Shown: in pieces, positions 24,841-33,944 of the stretch
Numbering within the stretch: the stretch's first letter is position 1
Layout of the letters: each line of letters opens with the position of its first letter
From: an uncultured bacterium
GTDB lineage: Bacteria; Joyebacterota; Joyebacteria; Joyebacterales; Joyebacteraceae
Direction: 5' to 3'
NCBI GenBank assembly: GCA_964597945.1
Contig: CAZRAD010000002.1
Location: 1 to 51,778 of the forward strand
Length of the DNA: 51,778 bases
Made by a program: the position numbers and the translations under genes
The notes under the pieces: model-generated
Told to the model about the DNA's origin: nothing
What the model saw: only the letters and a program-made list of their open reading frames with translations
Databases searched by the model: none

Positions 24841-25674
24841 GTGAAGCGAGCCCAGAAGCGGACACCGTGGCCACGCGCGAGAGGAGCGCTGCTTGTTGTT
24901 GCGCTCGCCCTGCTGGTCACACCCCTCGGGACGGCCGTCGCCGAGACCGCCGTCCACTTCGAGCCCTGCGGTGTGATGGTGGAGACCGGGGATACGTTCG
25001 ACATGGAGTTCCGGGTCGCTGCGAGCCCGGATTCGATCGCAAGCTTCCAGCTCTACCTCTGGTTCGATCCGGCGATCGTAGAGCTCACTGACGCGGTCGA
25101 GGGAACGCTGTACGTCGAGAGCGGCACGATGACGTGGTTCATCGCCGAGGAGGAGTATCCCGGCTTCTGGCACTTCTTCGACACAGTGTTCGGTGCCGGG
25201 ACGCATGTCCTTCCGCCGGGAGAGCTTCTCAAGCTGAGCTTCCGTGCGCTCGCACCGGGGCAGACCCCGGCGCGCATCGATACCGTCCGCATGACCGACA
25301 TCCGTCGGGACGCGCTCCCGGTCACCGGCGCGCAGGACGGGTGGATATTCGTCGACGCGGTCGGCGTGCAGGAGGCAGCGATCGTCGCTCCCTCCGTCGA
25401 CGCGATCGCGCCGAATCCATTCGTATCGGGAACGAGCATCCACTACAGCGTTCCGGCGGGGTCAGACGGCTGGCGTCTTGAGATCTACGACGTCGCGGGC
25501 AGGAAGGTGCGGGTGCTCGACGCGCCGCCAGACGCCGGCACAGCGGGAGGCACGGGGACACTGCAGTGGAACGGCAAGGCAGATTGCGGGTACGAACTCC
25601 CGTCCTCCGTCTACTTCGTCAGACTGACCGATGGACGACAGGAGACGCGCTCGCGCGTTCTGAAGATCAAGTGA
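24841..25674 (+). CDS. SP5: small surface protein, one cohesin-like module plus CTD
   Basis: GTG start after GGGGAGGA (24829-24836). Signal peptide ALLVVALALLVTPLGTAVA. Cohesin-like VHFEPCGVMVETGDTFDMEFRVAA…FQLYLWFDPAIVELTDAVEG. CTD IAPNPFVSGTSIHYSV…IYDVAGRKV…SSVYFVRL…RVLKIK. Confidence 0.8.
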   Translation: MKRAQKRTPWPRARGALLVVALALLVTPLGTAVAETAVHFEPCGVMVETGDTFDMEFRVAASPDSIASFQLYLWFDPAIVELTDAVEGTLYVESGTMTWFIAEEEYPGFWHFFDTVFGAGTHVLPPGELLKLSFRALAPGQTPARIDTVRMTDIRRDALPVTGAQDGWIFVDAVGVQEAAIVAPSVDAIAPNPFVSGTSIHYSVPAGSDGWRLEIYDVAGRKVRVLDAPPDAGTAGGTGTLQWNGKADCGYELPSSVYFVRLTDGRQETRSRVLKIK

Positions 25675-25727
25675 GGAAGCACGGGAACCCGGACACGCCG
25701 GGTGGACTCAGGGTTGGAGCAGGCATC

Positions 25728-28190
25728 ATGAGAACTGTAATCAGGGTAGTTACCATCCTGGCGCTCCTGCTGGTCGTCGTGCCGCAGGCCTCGGCGGAGC
25801 GGGGATACGCGCAGATCAAGACCGTTCCCACGGCGAGGAGGGTTGCCGCTGGACAGGCGGCGGCCTTCGTCGTGCAGTACGACGGGTCGGACGTCACGGA
25901 GGGCCTGCGCGGGTACCACATTGAGCTCTCCTGGGATGACGCGATCGCGTTCGTCGGGGATGTCGAGGTGGATGTGGTGGAAGGGGATTTCCTCTCGAAC
26001 GTTGGTTCCACCGCGTTCTTCGCGGTCGACACGCAGCCCGGAAGCATCGTTATCGACGGCGCGATCCTGGGTGCGACCGTCGGCGCGTTCGGCATCGGCG
26101 AGCTGTTCACCATCACGTTCACCGGTCAGGACGTCGGCGACGGTGTCACGCTCGTCGAGTTTACCGATATGGTGCTGCGTGACCAGGACAACATGCCGAT
26201 CCTCTCGAGCGGGATTCCCGGCATCATCGAACTCGACAACACGCCGCCGAACGTCCCGGTCATCGACCCGGAGCCTGAGTTCACGCAGGGGACCACGAAC
26301 TACATCACGTGGTCGAACGAGAGCGCCTCGGGCGCGGCCGGCTACTGTGTCGAGGCATCCGAGACGCCGGACTTCGCGGTCATCGTGAGCACGAGCGGCT
26401 GCACGCCCTTCACGTGGCACACCTTCACGACGCTCACCGACGGACAGATCTACTACTACCGCGTGAAGTGCCGCGATGATCTGTGGAACGAGTCGGATTG
26501 GTCCGCGACGGAGTCGTCGACGCAGGACGACTCGCCGCCGGTGACGGCGGCCGGCCCGCTTCCCGCGTACGTCAACTCGGTGACGTTCAATGTTCCGTTC
26601 ACGGAGTACGACGCGACCAGCGGGACCGACTTCGTGTGGCTCTACTACCGTTTCAACGGCGGCGCATACGTGCAGTACGGCGGTGTCCATCAGACCAGTC
26701 CCATCAGCTTTACCGGCTCCGGTGAGGGTGTGTACGACTTCTACACCGTCGGGGTCGACAACGTCACCAACATCGAGGCCACGCCGCCCGTTCCGGATGC
26801 GACGGTCGAGGTCGACCTGCAGCCGCCGGACGCGGTGACGGATCTCGAGGCGCTTCCCGGTCACAACCGGATCCACCTCTCGTGGAACGCGCCCATGTTC
26901 CGCTCGGCGCCGGTTGAGGGAACGCTCATCGTTCGGAAGCGTTGGGCGATAGGGGCGTACCCTGAGTACGACGATGTCGTTCCGCAGAACGCCTACCCCG
27001 CACATCCGGCGGACGGTGTCGTCGTCGCGTTCGTCCCGGGGACAGGATTCCAGACCTACGACGATGAGTCGTTCTCGGATGCCGTCAGGAACATCTATCT
27101 GTACACGGCGTTCGCGCGCGATGAGGCCGGCAACTACTCGGCGGCCGTCGCGAGCGCTCAGGACCGCTCGACATCGTACTGGCTTGGTGATGTGGATGAG
27201 GTGACCAGTGCGTCCGGCGTCTACGACGGCTATGTGGACTACTGGGACAAGATCATTCTGTCCGACTCATACAACACCACTGACGGTGACGCGTACTACG
27301 AACCGGAGATGGACATCGGTCCCACTGATGACTGGTCTCGGTTCGGCATTCCTCTCACGGACAGTGCCATCGACTTCGAGGACCTGATGGTCGTGGCGAT
27401 GAACTACGGCCGCGTGGACCCCGCCGGCAAGGCCGTTGCCCACGTGCCTGCGGGCATGGGTTCGCGCGGCTCGTTGGAGCTCAGGCTGGATGTTGCCGGC
27501 ATCGGGGAGGAGACCGCCGTCGACGGAGATTGCGGGACGGTGTCCGGACCTTTCGAGGTGGCACTCTCGCTCTGCGGCGGCTTCGATGCCCGCGGGTTCT
27601 CGTCGATCGCGACCTTTGACGCGGATGTCCTGACAGTGCGCTCGGTCGAACCTTCAGGTGATGCAGCGTCCGGTGACGGCTTCTTCTACTGGACCGAGCG
27701 CGAACCCGGCGTCGTCCAGATCGACATCGCGGTGCTCGGAGAGGCCGCGGCGCTGACGCCGGACGAGTTTCTGGCGACGCTCACGTTCGAGATCATCGGC
27801 GCCGGCAGCACGACGGTTGAGATCGAGGCGGAGAGACTCCGGGGCGTGGCCAACGAACGGCTCGTGTGCGGCGGAGATGCTGTCGATCTCGTCGCGCCGT
27901 ATGCACCGGACAGCCGGACGGTTCTTCACCAGAACATACCGAACCCGTTCAATCCGCGGACGACGATCGCGTTCGAACTCGCAGTCCGCGGGTCGGCGAA
28001 GCTCACCGTGTTCGATGCCACCGGGCGCCGGATCACCGAGCTCATCAACGGAGAGTTCGACGCCGGACGGCGCGCCGTTGTCTGGGACGGCAGCGACGCT
28101 CGTGGTCGAGCAGTGGGCAGCGGCGTCTACTTCTACGTGCTCGAGACCGAGGGGAAACGTCACGAGCGCAAGATGGTCTTGATGCGCTAG
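25728..28190 (+). CDS. SP6: surface protein (N-terminal cohesin-like, FN3-like modules, dockerin-like, cohesin-like, CTD)
   Basis: Track ORF 25566-28190. ATG 25728 starts signal peptide MRTVIRVVTILALLLVVVPQASA. Cohesin-like GYHIELSWDDAIAFVGDVEVDVVEGDFLS. FN3-like DNTPPNVP…ITWSNE…YYYRVKCRD and PPDAVTDLEALPGHNRIHLSW. Dockerin-like segment at 27174-27410. CTD HQNIPNPFNPRTTIAFEL…KMVLMR. Confidence 0.85.
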   Translation: MRTVIRVVTILALLLVVVPQASAERGYAQIKTVPTARRVAAGQAAAFVVQYDGSDVTEGLRGYHIELSWDDAIAFVGDVEVDVVEGDFLSNVGSTAFFAVDTQPGSIVIDGAILGATVGAFGIGELFTITFTGQDVGDGVTLVEFTDMVLRDQDNMPILSSGIPGIIELDNTPPNVPVIDPEPEFTQGTTNYITWSNESASGAAGYCVEASETPDFAVIVSTSGCTPFTWHTFTTLTDGQIYYYRVKCRDDLWNESDWSATESSTQDDSPPVTAAGPLPAYVNSVTFNVPFTEYDATSGTDFVWLYYRFNGGAYVQYGGVHQTSPISFTGSGEGVYDFYTVGVDNVTNIEATPPVPDATVEVDLQPPDAVTDLEALPGHNRIHLSWNAPMFRSAPVEGTLIVRKRWAIGAYPEYDDVVPQNAYPAHPADGVVVAFVPGTGFQTYDDESFSDAVRNIYLYTAFARDEAGNYSAAVASAQDRSTSYWLGDVDEVTSASGVYDGYVDYWDKIILSDSYNTTDGDAYYEPEMDIGPTDDWSRFGIPLTDSAIDFEDLMVVAMNYGRVDPAGKAVAHVPAGMGSRGSLELRLDVAGIGEETAVDGDCGTVSGPFEVALSLCGGFDARGFSSIATFDADVLTVRSVEPSGDAASGDGFFYWTEREPGVVQIDIAVLGEAAALTPDEFLATLTFEIIGAGSTTVEIEAERLRGVANERLVCGGDAVDLVAPYAPDSRTVLHQNIPNPFNPRTTIAFELAVRGSAKLTVFDATGRRITELINGEFDAGRRAVVWDGSDARGRAVGSGVYFYVLETEGKRHERKMVLMR

Positions 28191-28418
28191 TCGCGCCGCG
28201 TGCCGAGATGGCACGTGGTCAGTGTGCACAGTCGGAATACTCGCGTCCTCAGTGACGCATGAAAGGATGTGAGCAGGGGCGAAGCGCATGCTTCGGGAAG
28301 AGTTCCCGACCGCTCTCGGGGACGGCTTCAGGGGAGGCTCGGGCGGCAACCTCCGTTCTGGGCTCGCGGTTCCGCTCGGGCCGAACCTCCCTGCTCGCTT
28401 GACTCAGGAGGAACTGTC

Positions 28419-29252
28419 ATGAGGGAGATGCGCAGAGTAACGGTCTGCACGGCGCTGCGACCTCCTCTCCTCGTGGCGGTGAGCGTGCTGCTTGCCGCGG
28501 TCGCCGTCACGGCACTGTGCAGTACGGCGTACGCCACGCCGACGGTCTTCGTCCATCCGGCTGAGATGACGGTGGAGCCGGGTGAGACGTTCTCGATGAG
28601 CATACGAGTCGATGCAGGGACCGACACGGTCACCTGTTTCCTGACCGAGTTCACGTTTGACGCGGACGTCATCGAACTCACGGAAGCGTCCGAGGGGAGC
28701 CTGTTCAGCATGTGCGGATATGGGACGATGTATCACTGGGACGTGATCGAATCGGGGCAGCACTCATGTAACGATGTGACCCTCGGACATGAGTCGCACG
28801 TGCTGCCGCCGGGCGAACTCGTGAATCTCGAGTTCACCGCCGGTGAGTGTGGTGCGACATGGGTCGCGATCACGATGGTCGATCTGAGAGACATGAAGCG
28901 TGACCCGATCCTGCCCGTCAACACGGAGCGTGCGCTGGTGATGATCGAAGGGACCGGCGTGGAGGATCCGCAGCAGGAGGAGAGGGCGGCGCACGTGAGC
29001 GTCCACCCGAACCCGTGCCGCACGACCGCCACGCTGAGCTGGTCCGCACCCGCCGGCGGGAGGCGCGGGACGCTTCTTATCTACGACGTTCGCGGACGCC
29101 TTGTCTGGTACGACATGGTCGATGGCGAGTCGGGCACGACAAACTGGGACGGGCGCGGCAGGGAAGGGGAGCGTGTTCGCGCCGGAGCGTACTTCGTTGA
29201 GCTGCGATTCGGAAGCGAGAGGGTTCGGGAGAAACTGATTCTGCTGAGATAG
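28419..29252 (+). CDS. SP7: small surface protein, one cohesin-like module plus CTD
   Basis: Track ORF 28269-29252. ATG 28419 follows CAGGAGGA (28405-28412). Signal peptide LLVAVSVLLAAVAVTALCSTAYA. Cohesin-like VFVHPAEMTVEPGETFSMSIRVDAG…FTFDADVIELTEASEG. CTD VSVHPNPCRTTATLSW…IYDVRGRLV…AGAYFVEL…KLILLR. Confidence 0.8.
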   Translation: MREMRRVTVCTALRPPLLVAVSVLLAAVAVTALCSTAYATPTVFVHPAEMTVEPGETFSMSIRVDAGTDTVTCFLTEFTFDADVIELTEASEGSLFSMCGYGTMYHWDVIESGQHSCNDVTLGHESHVLPPGELVNLEFTAGECGATWVAITMVDLRDMKRDPILPVNTERALVMIEGTGVEDPQQEERAAHVSVHPNPCRTTATLSWSAPAGGRRGTLLIYDVRGRLVWYDMVDGESGTTNWDGRGREGERVRAGAYFVELRFGSERVREKLILLR

Positions 29253-29305
29253 CGATTCGGGCGGTGGTGGCCGATCCGAACGGGAAGGTCTGAAGGGAGA
29301 GGACC

Positions 29306-30226
29306 ATGAACAAGACTGCGTACATCCTGCTGACAATGGGACTCGTGATGGTGGCCGGCATAGCCGCCGCAGCGCCTCTCGTCTACCTGGATCCGGTAGC
29401 GATCGACGCCTGTGGCGAGTTCTCGGTCGATGTCGTTATCAACGATGAGGTTCTCGACCTCACCGGGTTCGATCTGCTCATCGATTTCGACGAGACCATT
29501 CTGGGCGTTGCTGATGTGACGATGGGACAGCTCCTCGATGACTATCCCGGGTCACCGTTCTTCTACTGGACCGACGTCGGGACGGTGTCGGACGCGCTGC
29601 TCATCAACGGAGCGGCTCTCGGCGGATCCATCGAGGGTCCTGGTGTTCTCGCGACCATCACCTTCGAGTGTCTCACGAATGGACTGACGGATCTCGAGTT
29701 CGAGATGGTCGAGTTCCGCGACATCGACAACCTCCCTCTTCCTGCGACGAGTCAGGACGGTGAGGTCAACGCGGATGATGGTGCTGTCGTCTACATCAGC
29801 CCTGCGTCGATGAGCGAGGCGGTCGACACCCCGTTCACGGTCGAGGTGATGATCGGCGACGGCATCGCCTCCATGGATGAACTCACACTGATCATCACGT
29901 ACGATTCGGCGATTCTGGAGTACATGACGGCGTGGGTCGGGGGTGACGTCCCCGCGGGCTCCACCTTCACGGAGAGCGGCGGAGCGGGCACGATCAACAT
30001 CGACCTCGACGTCAACGTCAGCATGTCCGGAGCCGGATCCGTGGCGGTTCTGCAGTTCAAGGGGATCTTCGAGGGGGATTCGCCGATCACGCTCGATGGC
30101 GTTGAGCTGAGCACAGATACCGGCGCGCTGATTCAGCCGTGCATCGAACATGGCACCGTTACCATCTATGGAGGCTCTCCCGTTGAGGAACTCCGATGGG
30201 GCATGATCAAGAGCCTCTATCGGTAG
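29306..30226 (+). CDS. SP8: two cohesin-like modules, no CTD, ends in a W-x-x-I-K-x-x-Y-R tail (scaffoldin/adaptor-like)
   Basis: RBS GAAGGGAGAGGA. Signal peptide MNKTAYILLTMGLVMVAGIAAA. Module 1: VYLDPVAIDACGEFSVDVVINDEVLDLTGFDLLIDFDETILGV. Module 2: VYISPASMSEAVDTPFTVEVMIGDG…LTLIITYDSAILEY. C-terminus …SPVEELRWGMIKSLYR*. Confidence 0.8.
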   Translation: MNKTAYILLTMGLVMVAGIAAAAPLVYLDPVAIDACGEFSVDVVINDEVLDLTGFDLLIDFDETILGVADVTMGQLLDDYPGSPFFYWTDVGTVSDALLINGAALGGSIEGPGVLATITFECLTNGLTDLEFEMVEFRDIDNLPLPATSQDGEVNADDGAVVYISPASMSEAVDTPFTVEVMIGDGIASMDELTLIITYDSAILEYMTAWVGGDVPAGSTFTESGGAGTINIDLDVNVSMSGAGSVAVLQFKGIFEGDSPITLDGVELSTDTGALIQPCIEHGTVTIYGGSPVEELRWGMIKSLYR

Positions 30227-30448
30227 TCCGTTCAGAGCGATGTCAGGTTCGTTTGGATGATCGTTTGAATCGATCTCCCGCCAGGTCGATTCCGACGGTA
30301 GTGGGGGTGCCCTGGAAGTGCGCACCAGGGCGGTCCAGCTCACGGGCGCGGCACTGCGTCCGGGCGAAGCAGGCAGGGTGCCGGGTCTTTTCTCCCTGCG
30401 GGTGGCTCGCGAGCGGCTCGCCCCCGGCATCCTGTCAGCTCCTTCCGC

Positions 30449-30477
30449 TTGTACCCTTCTGTGGCATCCTCTAGAAT
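30449..30477 (+). promoter_or_regulatory. candidate promoter placing the transcription start at or next to ATG 30484 (leaderless mRNA)
   Basis: TTGTAC (30449-30454), 17-nt spacer, TAGAAT (30472-30477). Only 6 nt separate the -10 box from the ATG, and no Shine-Dalgarno sequence is present. Confidence 0.3.
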
Positions 30478-30483
30478 GACACC

Positions 30484-31365
30484 ATGAACTCACGCGGAGA
30501 AATCGTACGCGTACGGGCCGAGGACGGGCTTGAACTCGCCGGCTTCTACGCCGCACCTCCGGGCGGCGCACGGCGAGCCGTGCTGCACACCCACGGCTTC
30601 GCGGGCAACTTCTACGAGAACCGGTTCGTCGACGCGGTCTGCGATGCGGTCGTTGCGAAGGGGCTGGGGTTCCTCACGTACAACAACCGCGGGCACGACT
30701 ACGTGTCCGACAATCTGCGCGGCAGCGGGCTCGATACGACATACGAGGCCGGCGGCATCCCCTGGGACATGTTCGAGGCCAGCGTCCACGACATCGGCGG
30801 GGCCGCCGAGTTCCTCGCGTCGCGCGGCCACCGTGAGATCTACTTCGAGGGGCATAGCCTCGGGACCTGCAAGACCGTCTACTATCTCAATGAACGGCGC
30901 GACCCGCGCGCGGCCGGAGCCATCCTCATTTCGCCGCCGGATATGTTCGGACTGAGCAGCGAACGCGCGGGACGTCCGCTCGATGAGATGCTCGCCGAGG
31001 CGAACGCTGCGATCGCCGAGGGTGATCCCGACCGGCGGATCGAGGCCGGGCGCACCGTCCCGGTCTCGGCCCGTTCGATCCTCAGCAGCTACGCGGATCC
31101 CGCGACGACCGACATCTTTCCGTTCCGTCTCGGGAGCGAGGGCGACTACACCCGGTACTCATCACTCGCGATGCCCATCCTCGCGATCTTCGGTACGGTC
31201 GATGAGGCGGTGACGGTCCCGGTCGAGGACGCGGCAGGGCTGTTGCGGACGATGGCGGCCGGTTCCCCGCGCGTGGATGTTGCGACCATTGAGGGTGCGA
31301 ACCACGTCTACTGGGGCAAGGAAGACACGCTCGCCGGTCTCATCGGCGGGTTCATCGAGCCGTAG
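30484..31365 (+). CDS. alpha/beta-fold hydrolase
   Basis: 293-aa ORF. Nucleophile elbow GHSLG (YFEGHSLGTCK). HTHGFAGNFYENRF oxyanion-region pattern. No signal peptide. Confidence 0.8.
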   Translation: MNSRGEIVRVRAEDGLELAGFYAAPPGGARRAVLHTHGFAGNFYENRFVDAVCDAVVAKGLGFLTYNNRGHDYVSDNLRGSGLDTTYEAGGIPWDMFEASVHDIGGAAEFLASRGHREIYFEGHSLGTCKTVYYLNERRDPRAAGAILISPPDMFGLSSERAGRPLDEMLAEANAAIAEGDPDRRIEAGRTVPVSARSILSSYADPATTDIFPFRLGSEGDYTRYSSLAMPILAIFGTVDEAVTVPVEDAAGLLRTMAAGSPRVDVATIEGANHVYWGKEDTLAGLIGGFIEP

Positions 31366-31436
31366 CGCGGAGGGCACGACGCCGCGCAGGCGGCATCATT
31401 CCGTAGCGCGATACACCGAGTCAGATCGAGGGGACC

Positions 31437-32837
31437 ATGGCGGTACTCATCAAGGGCGGCAGGCTCGTTACCGGCGTCGATTCGTACAACGCCGACATCC
31501 TTGTCGAAGATGAGAGCATCAGCGCGGTCGGCCGCGGCCTCGATGCGCCCGACGGCGCGGAGATCGTCGATGCTACCGGTCTGCTCGTGCTCCCCGGCGT
31601 GATCGACCCGCACGTCCACGTCGACCTCGAACTCAAGGGGCACCGCTCATCGGACTTCACCTCGACCTCACGTTCCGCCGCGCTCGGCGGTGTGACGACG
31701 TTCATCACATACATCACACCGGCCGTCGGGCAGACACTCATGGAAGCTGCGGAACAGCGGAAGCTCCAGGGACGAGGCCGGAGTCACGTGGACTTCGGTC
31801 TGCATGCATCGCTCGTTCGTTGGAACGACCGCGAGGATGATGAGATCCCGCAGATGATCGAGGCCGGCATCCCGTCGTTCAAGATGTACACGACGTATGC
31901 CGATGCCGGACTCATGAGCACCGACGAACAGATCTACCACGCGCTCCTGCTCACATCACAGCACGGCGGTCTCATCGAGGTGCACTGCGAGAACGACTGG
32001 ATCATCGAGAGCAAGATCCGCAAGCTCACCGAGCAGGGCCATCTCCGACCGGTCGACCACGGTGCGAGCCGCCCTGGCTACGCGGAGGGCGAGGCGGTCG
32101 CTGCCGTCGTCCGTGCCGCATACGAGGCGGGGGCACCCGTCTACATCGTCCACACGTCATCGGGTGAGGCGGTCCAGGCGCTTGCGGAGGCTGACGATGT
32201 CGGGCTCGAGATCTACGCTGAGGTCTGCCCGCATCATCTTCTGCTCGATGAGGAGCTGCTCGCCGGTCCGGAAGGCCAGCGGTTCGCGACCTGCCCGCCG
32301 GTTCGCGGCGAGGCGCACCGCGAGGAACTCTGGGAGGCGCTCGAGGATGGCCTCATCCATGCCGTCGCTACAGACCATGCCGAGTTCACGACCGAGGCAA
32401 AGGATGAAGGGGCGAACGACTTCCGCCAGCTCCCGATGGGTGTTCCGGGAGTCGGGACGCTGCTTCCTCTGATGTGGGAGTTCGGCGTGAAGGCGGGGAG
32501 ACTCACGGAGAATCAGTTGGTCGACCGGCTCTGTACGCAGCCCGCCGAGATCTTCGGTCTCTCTCCCCGGAAGGGAACGCTGTCACAGGGTACCGACGCC
32601 GACATCGTGCTCTTCGATTCCGGTTGCGCCGAGACCATCAAGCCTGCCCTAACTCAAGGACTTGCCGACTACTCGCCATACGATGGGTGGGAGGTCTCAG
32701 GCTGGCCGGTCTCGACGATGCTCCGCGGCCACTGGATCGTCAGAGACCGCGAGCTCGTGGGTTCCCACGAGCTCGGGTCGTTCGTTCATCGTCGTGATGT
32801 ATGCCAGCGGCCGGGCCATCGGTCGGTGGAGGAGTAG
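31437..32837 (+). CDS. hyuA: cyclic amidohydrolase of the D-hydantoinase/dihydropyrimidinase family (HyuA/YgeZ-like)
   Basis: RBS GAGGGGA. GVIDPHVHVDL metal-binding HxH motif. Carbamylated-Lys context IPSFKMYTTY. VATDHAEF. ADYSPYDGWEV. Overall it resembles E. coli HyuA as I recall it. Confidence 0.8.
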   Translation: MAVLIKGGRLVTGVDSYNADILVEDESISAVGRGLDAPDGAEIVDATGLLVLPGVIDPHVHVDLELKGHRSSDFTSTSRSAALGGVTTFITYITPAVGQTLMEAAEQRKLQGRGRSHVDFGLHASLVRWNDREDDEIPQMIEAGIPSFKMYTTYADAGLMSTDEQIYHALLLTSQHGGLIEVHCENDWIIESKIRKLTEQGHLRPVDHGASRPGYAEGEAVAAVVRAAYEAGAPVYIVHTSSGEAVQALAEADDVGLEIYAEVCPHHLLLDEELLAGPEGQRFATCPPVRGEAHREELWEALEDGLIHAVATDHAEFTTEAKDEGANDFRQLPMGVPGVGTLLPLMWEFGVKAGRLTENQLVDRLCTQPAEIFGLSPRKGTLSQGTDADIVLFDSGCAETIKPALTQGLADYSPYDGWEVSGWPVSTMLRGHWIVRDRELVGSHELGSFVHRRDVCQRPGHRSVEE

Positions 32838-32867
32838 GCGCCGGCCGCTCATGCGTCCCGCGCTCCG

Positions 32868-33878
32868 CTACGGAACGATCCTCGCTATGTGGTAGCCCAC
32901 ACCTGTTCTGTGCACCCAGAGCATCCCCTCGTCGTCGACCGTGACTCCCCACATCAGATACTCGGCGTGCACCGCCCAGCGGACGCTGCCGTCCGTGGGG
33001 TCCAGCGCATACAGCGTGTCGACATTGGCATCGGCGAACCAGAGGTTCTCACCGTCGAACGCCAGACCGAACGGTGTGCGTGTCCCGCGGGGAGGAGGAA
33101 GCGTCTCGACAAGTGTTCCATCAGGCATGTACTTGTTGATGCTCCCGGGATACCCCGCCCCTGGACGTCTGCCCTGGTAGAGGTACGTGCCGTCCCACGC
33201 GATTCCTCCGGCGAAGTTGCTGCTGCCGGCCGGGAACGAGAAGAGCGTGTCTCCGGTCGTCGGATCGATCTCGAACATCCGCATGCCTCCCAGGCTGTCG
33301 GTGACCCAGAGGCTTGTGCCGTCCCACTCGATGCCGTTCGGCCACTGATTCACGGCGGCGAGGGTCTCCACGACCGCTCCGGTGAAGGGATCGGTTCGAT
33401 AGAACTCATCGGCCGACCAGTCGCTCCTCCAGATGTGGCTGCCGTCCCAGGCGAGGCACTGCGGCCCGTTTCCGCCGACAAGCGTTGCACTCACCTCATG
33501 CCCGTGGCGGTTGTCGACGACGAACTGCGCCTCGGCCTCGTCGGTCGCCTCACCGTCGCGGACTTTCACGACGACCGTGATCGTGTCCGCGCCGGAGAAA
33601 CGACGCTCCGCTGTCGGTGTGCTGCTCCACGCCGTGTCCCATGTCCCATCACCGTCGAAGTCCCAGCGGTATTCGAGCGCTCTCGAACGAGACGCACTTC
33701 CGCTCGCGTCGCAAACGACGTCGCGAAGAACGGTTCCCGTTGCGGGCGTCAGGACGAGATCGGCATCGACCGACACATCGGGTCCGGATGATGATGACGA
33801 GCTGCAGCCGCCGAGCAGGCAAGCCGCTCCGATCGCGGTCACTAGAAGTATGAGGGCGGCCAGCACCGTGCGTTTCAT
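32868..33878 (-). CDS. lipoprotein with PKD domain and beta-propeller repeats
   Basis: Track ORF 32868-33914. ATG 33878 follows GGGGGA. Lipobox LLGG|CSSS. PKD signature YRWDFDGDGTWD. Repeated W-D-G-x-x-L-W blades (AWDGSHIW, EWDGTSLWVTD, AWDGTYLY, FDGENLWFAD). Confidence 0.8.
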   Translation of the reverse strand: MKRTVLAALILLVTAIGAACLLGGCSSSSSSGPDVSVDADLVLTPATGTVLRDVVCDASGSASRSRALEYRWDFDGDGTWDTAWSSTPTAERRFSGADTITVVVKVRDGEATDEAEAQFVVDNRHGHEVSATLVGGNGPQCLAWDGSHIWRSDWSADEFYRTDPFTGAVVETLAAVNQWPNGIEWDGTSLWVTDSLGGMRMFEIDPTTGDTLFSFPAGSSNFAGGIAWDGTYLYQGRRPGAGYPGSINKYMPDGTLVETLPPPRGTRTPFGLAFDGENLWFADANVDTLYALDPTDGSVRWAVHAEYLMWGVTVDDEGMLWVHRTGVGYHIARIVP

Positions 33879-33944
33879 GGTTCCCCCTGTCCTGAGGCTC
33901 CTGTGGAGAGTCATGTGGCTCTTCTGTCGATTCGCGCTCGACGG

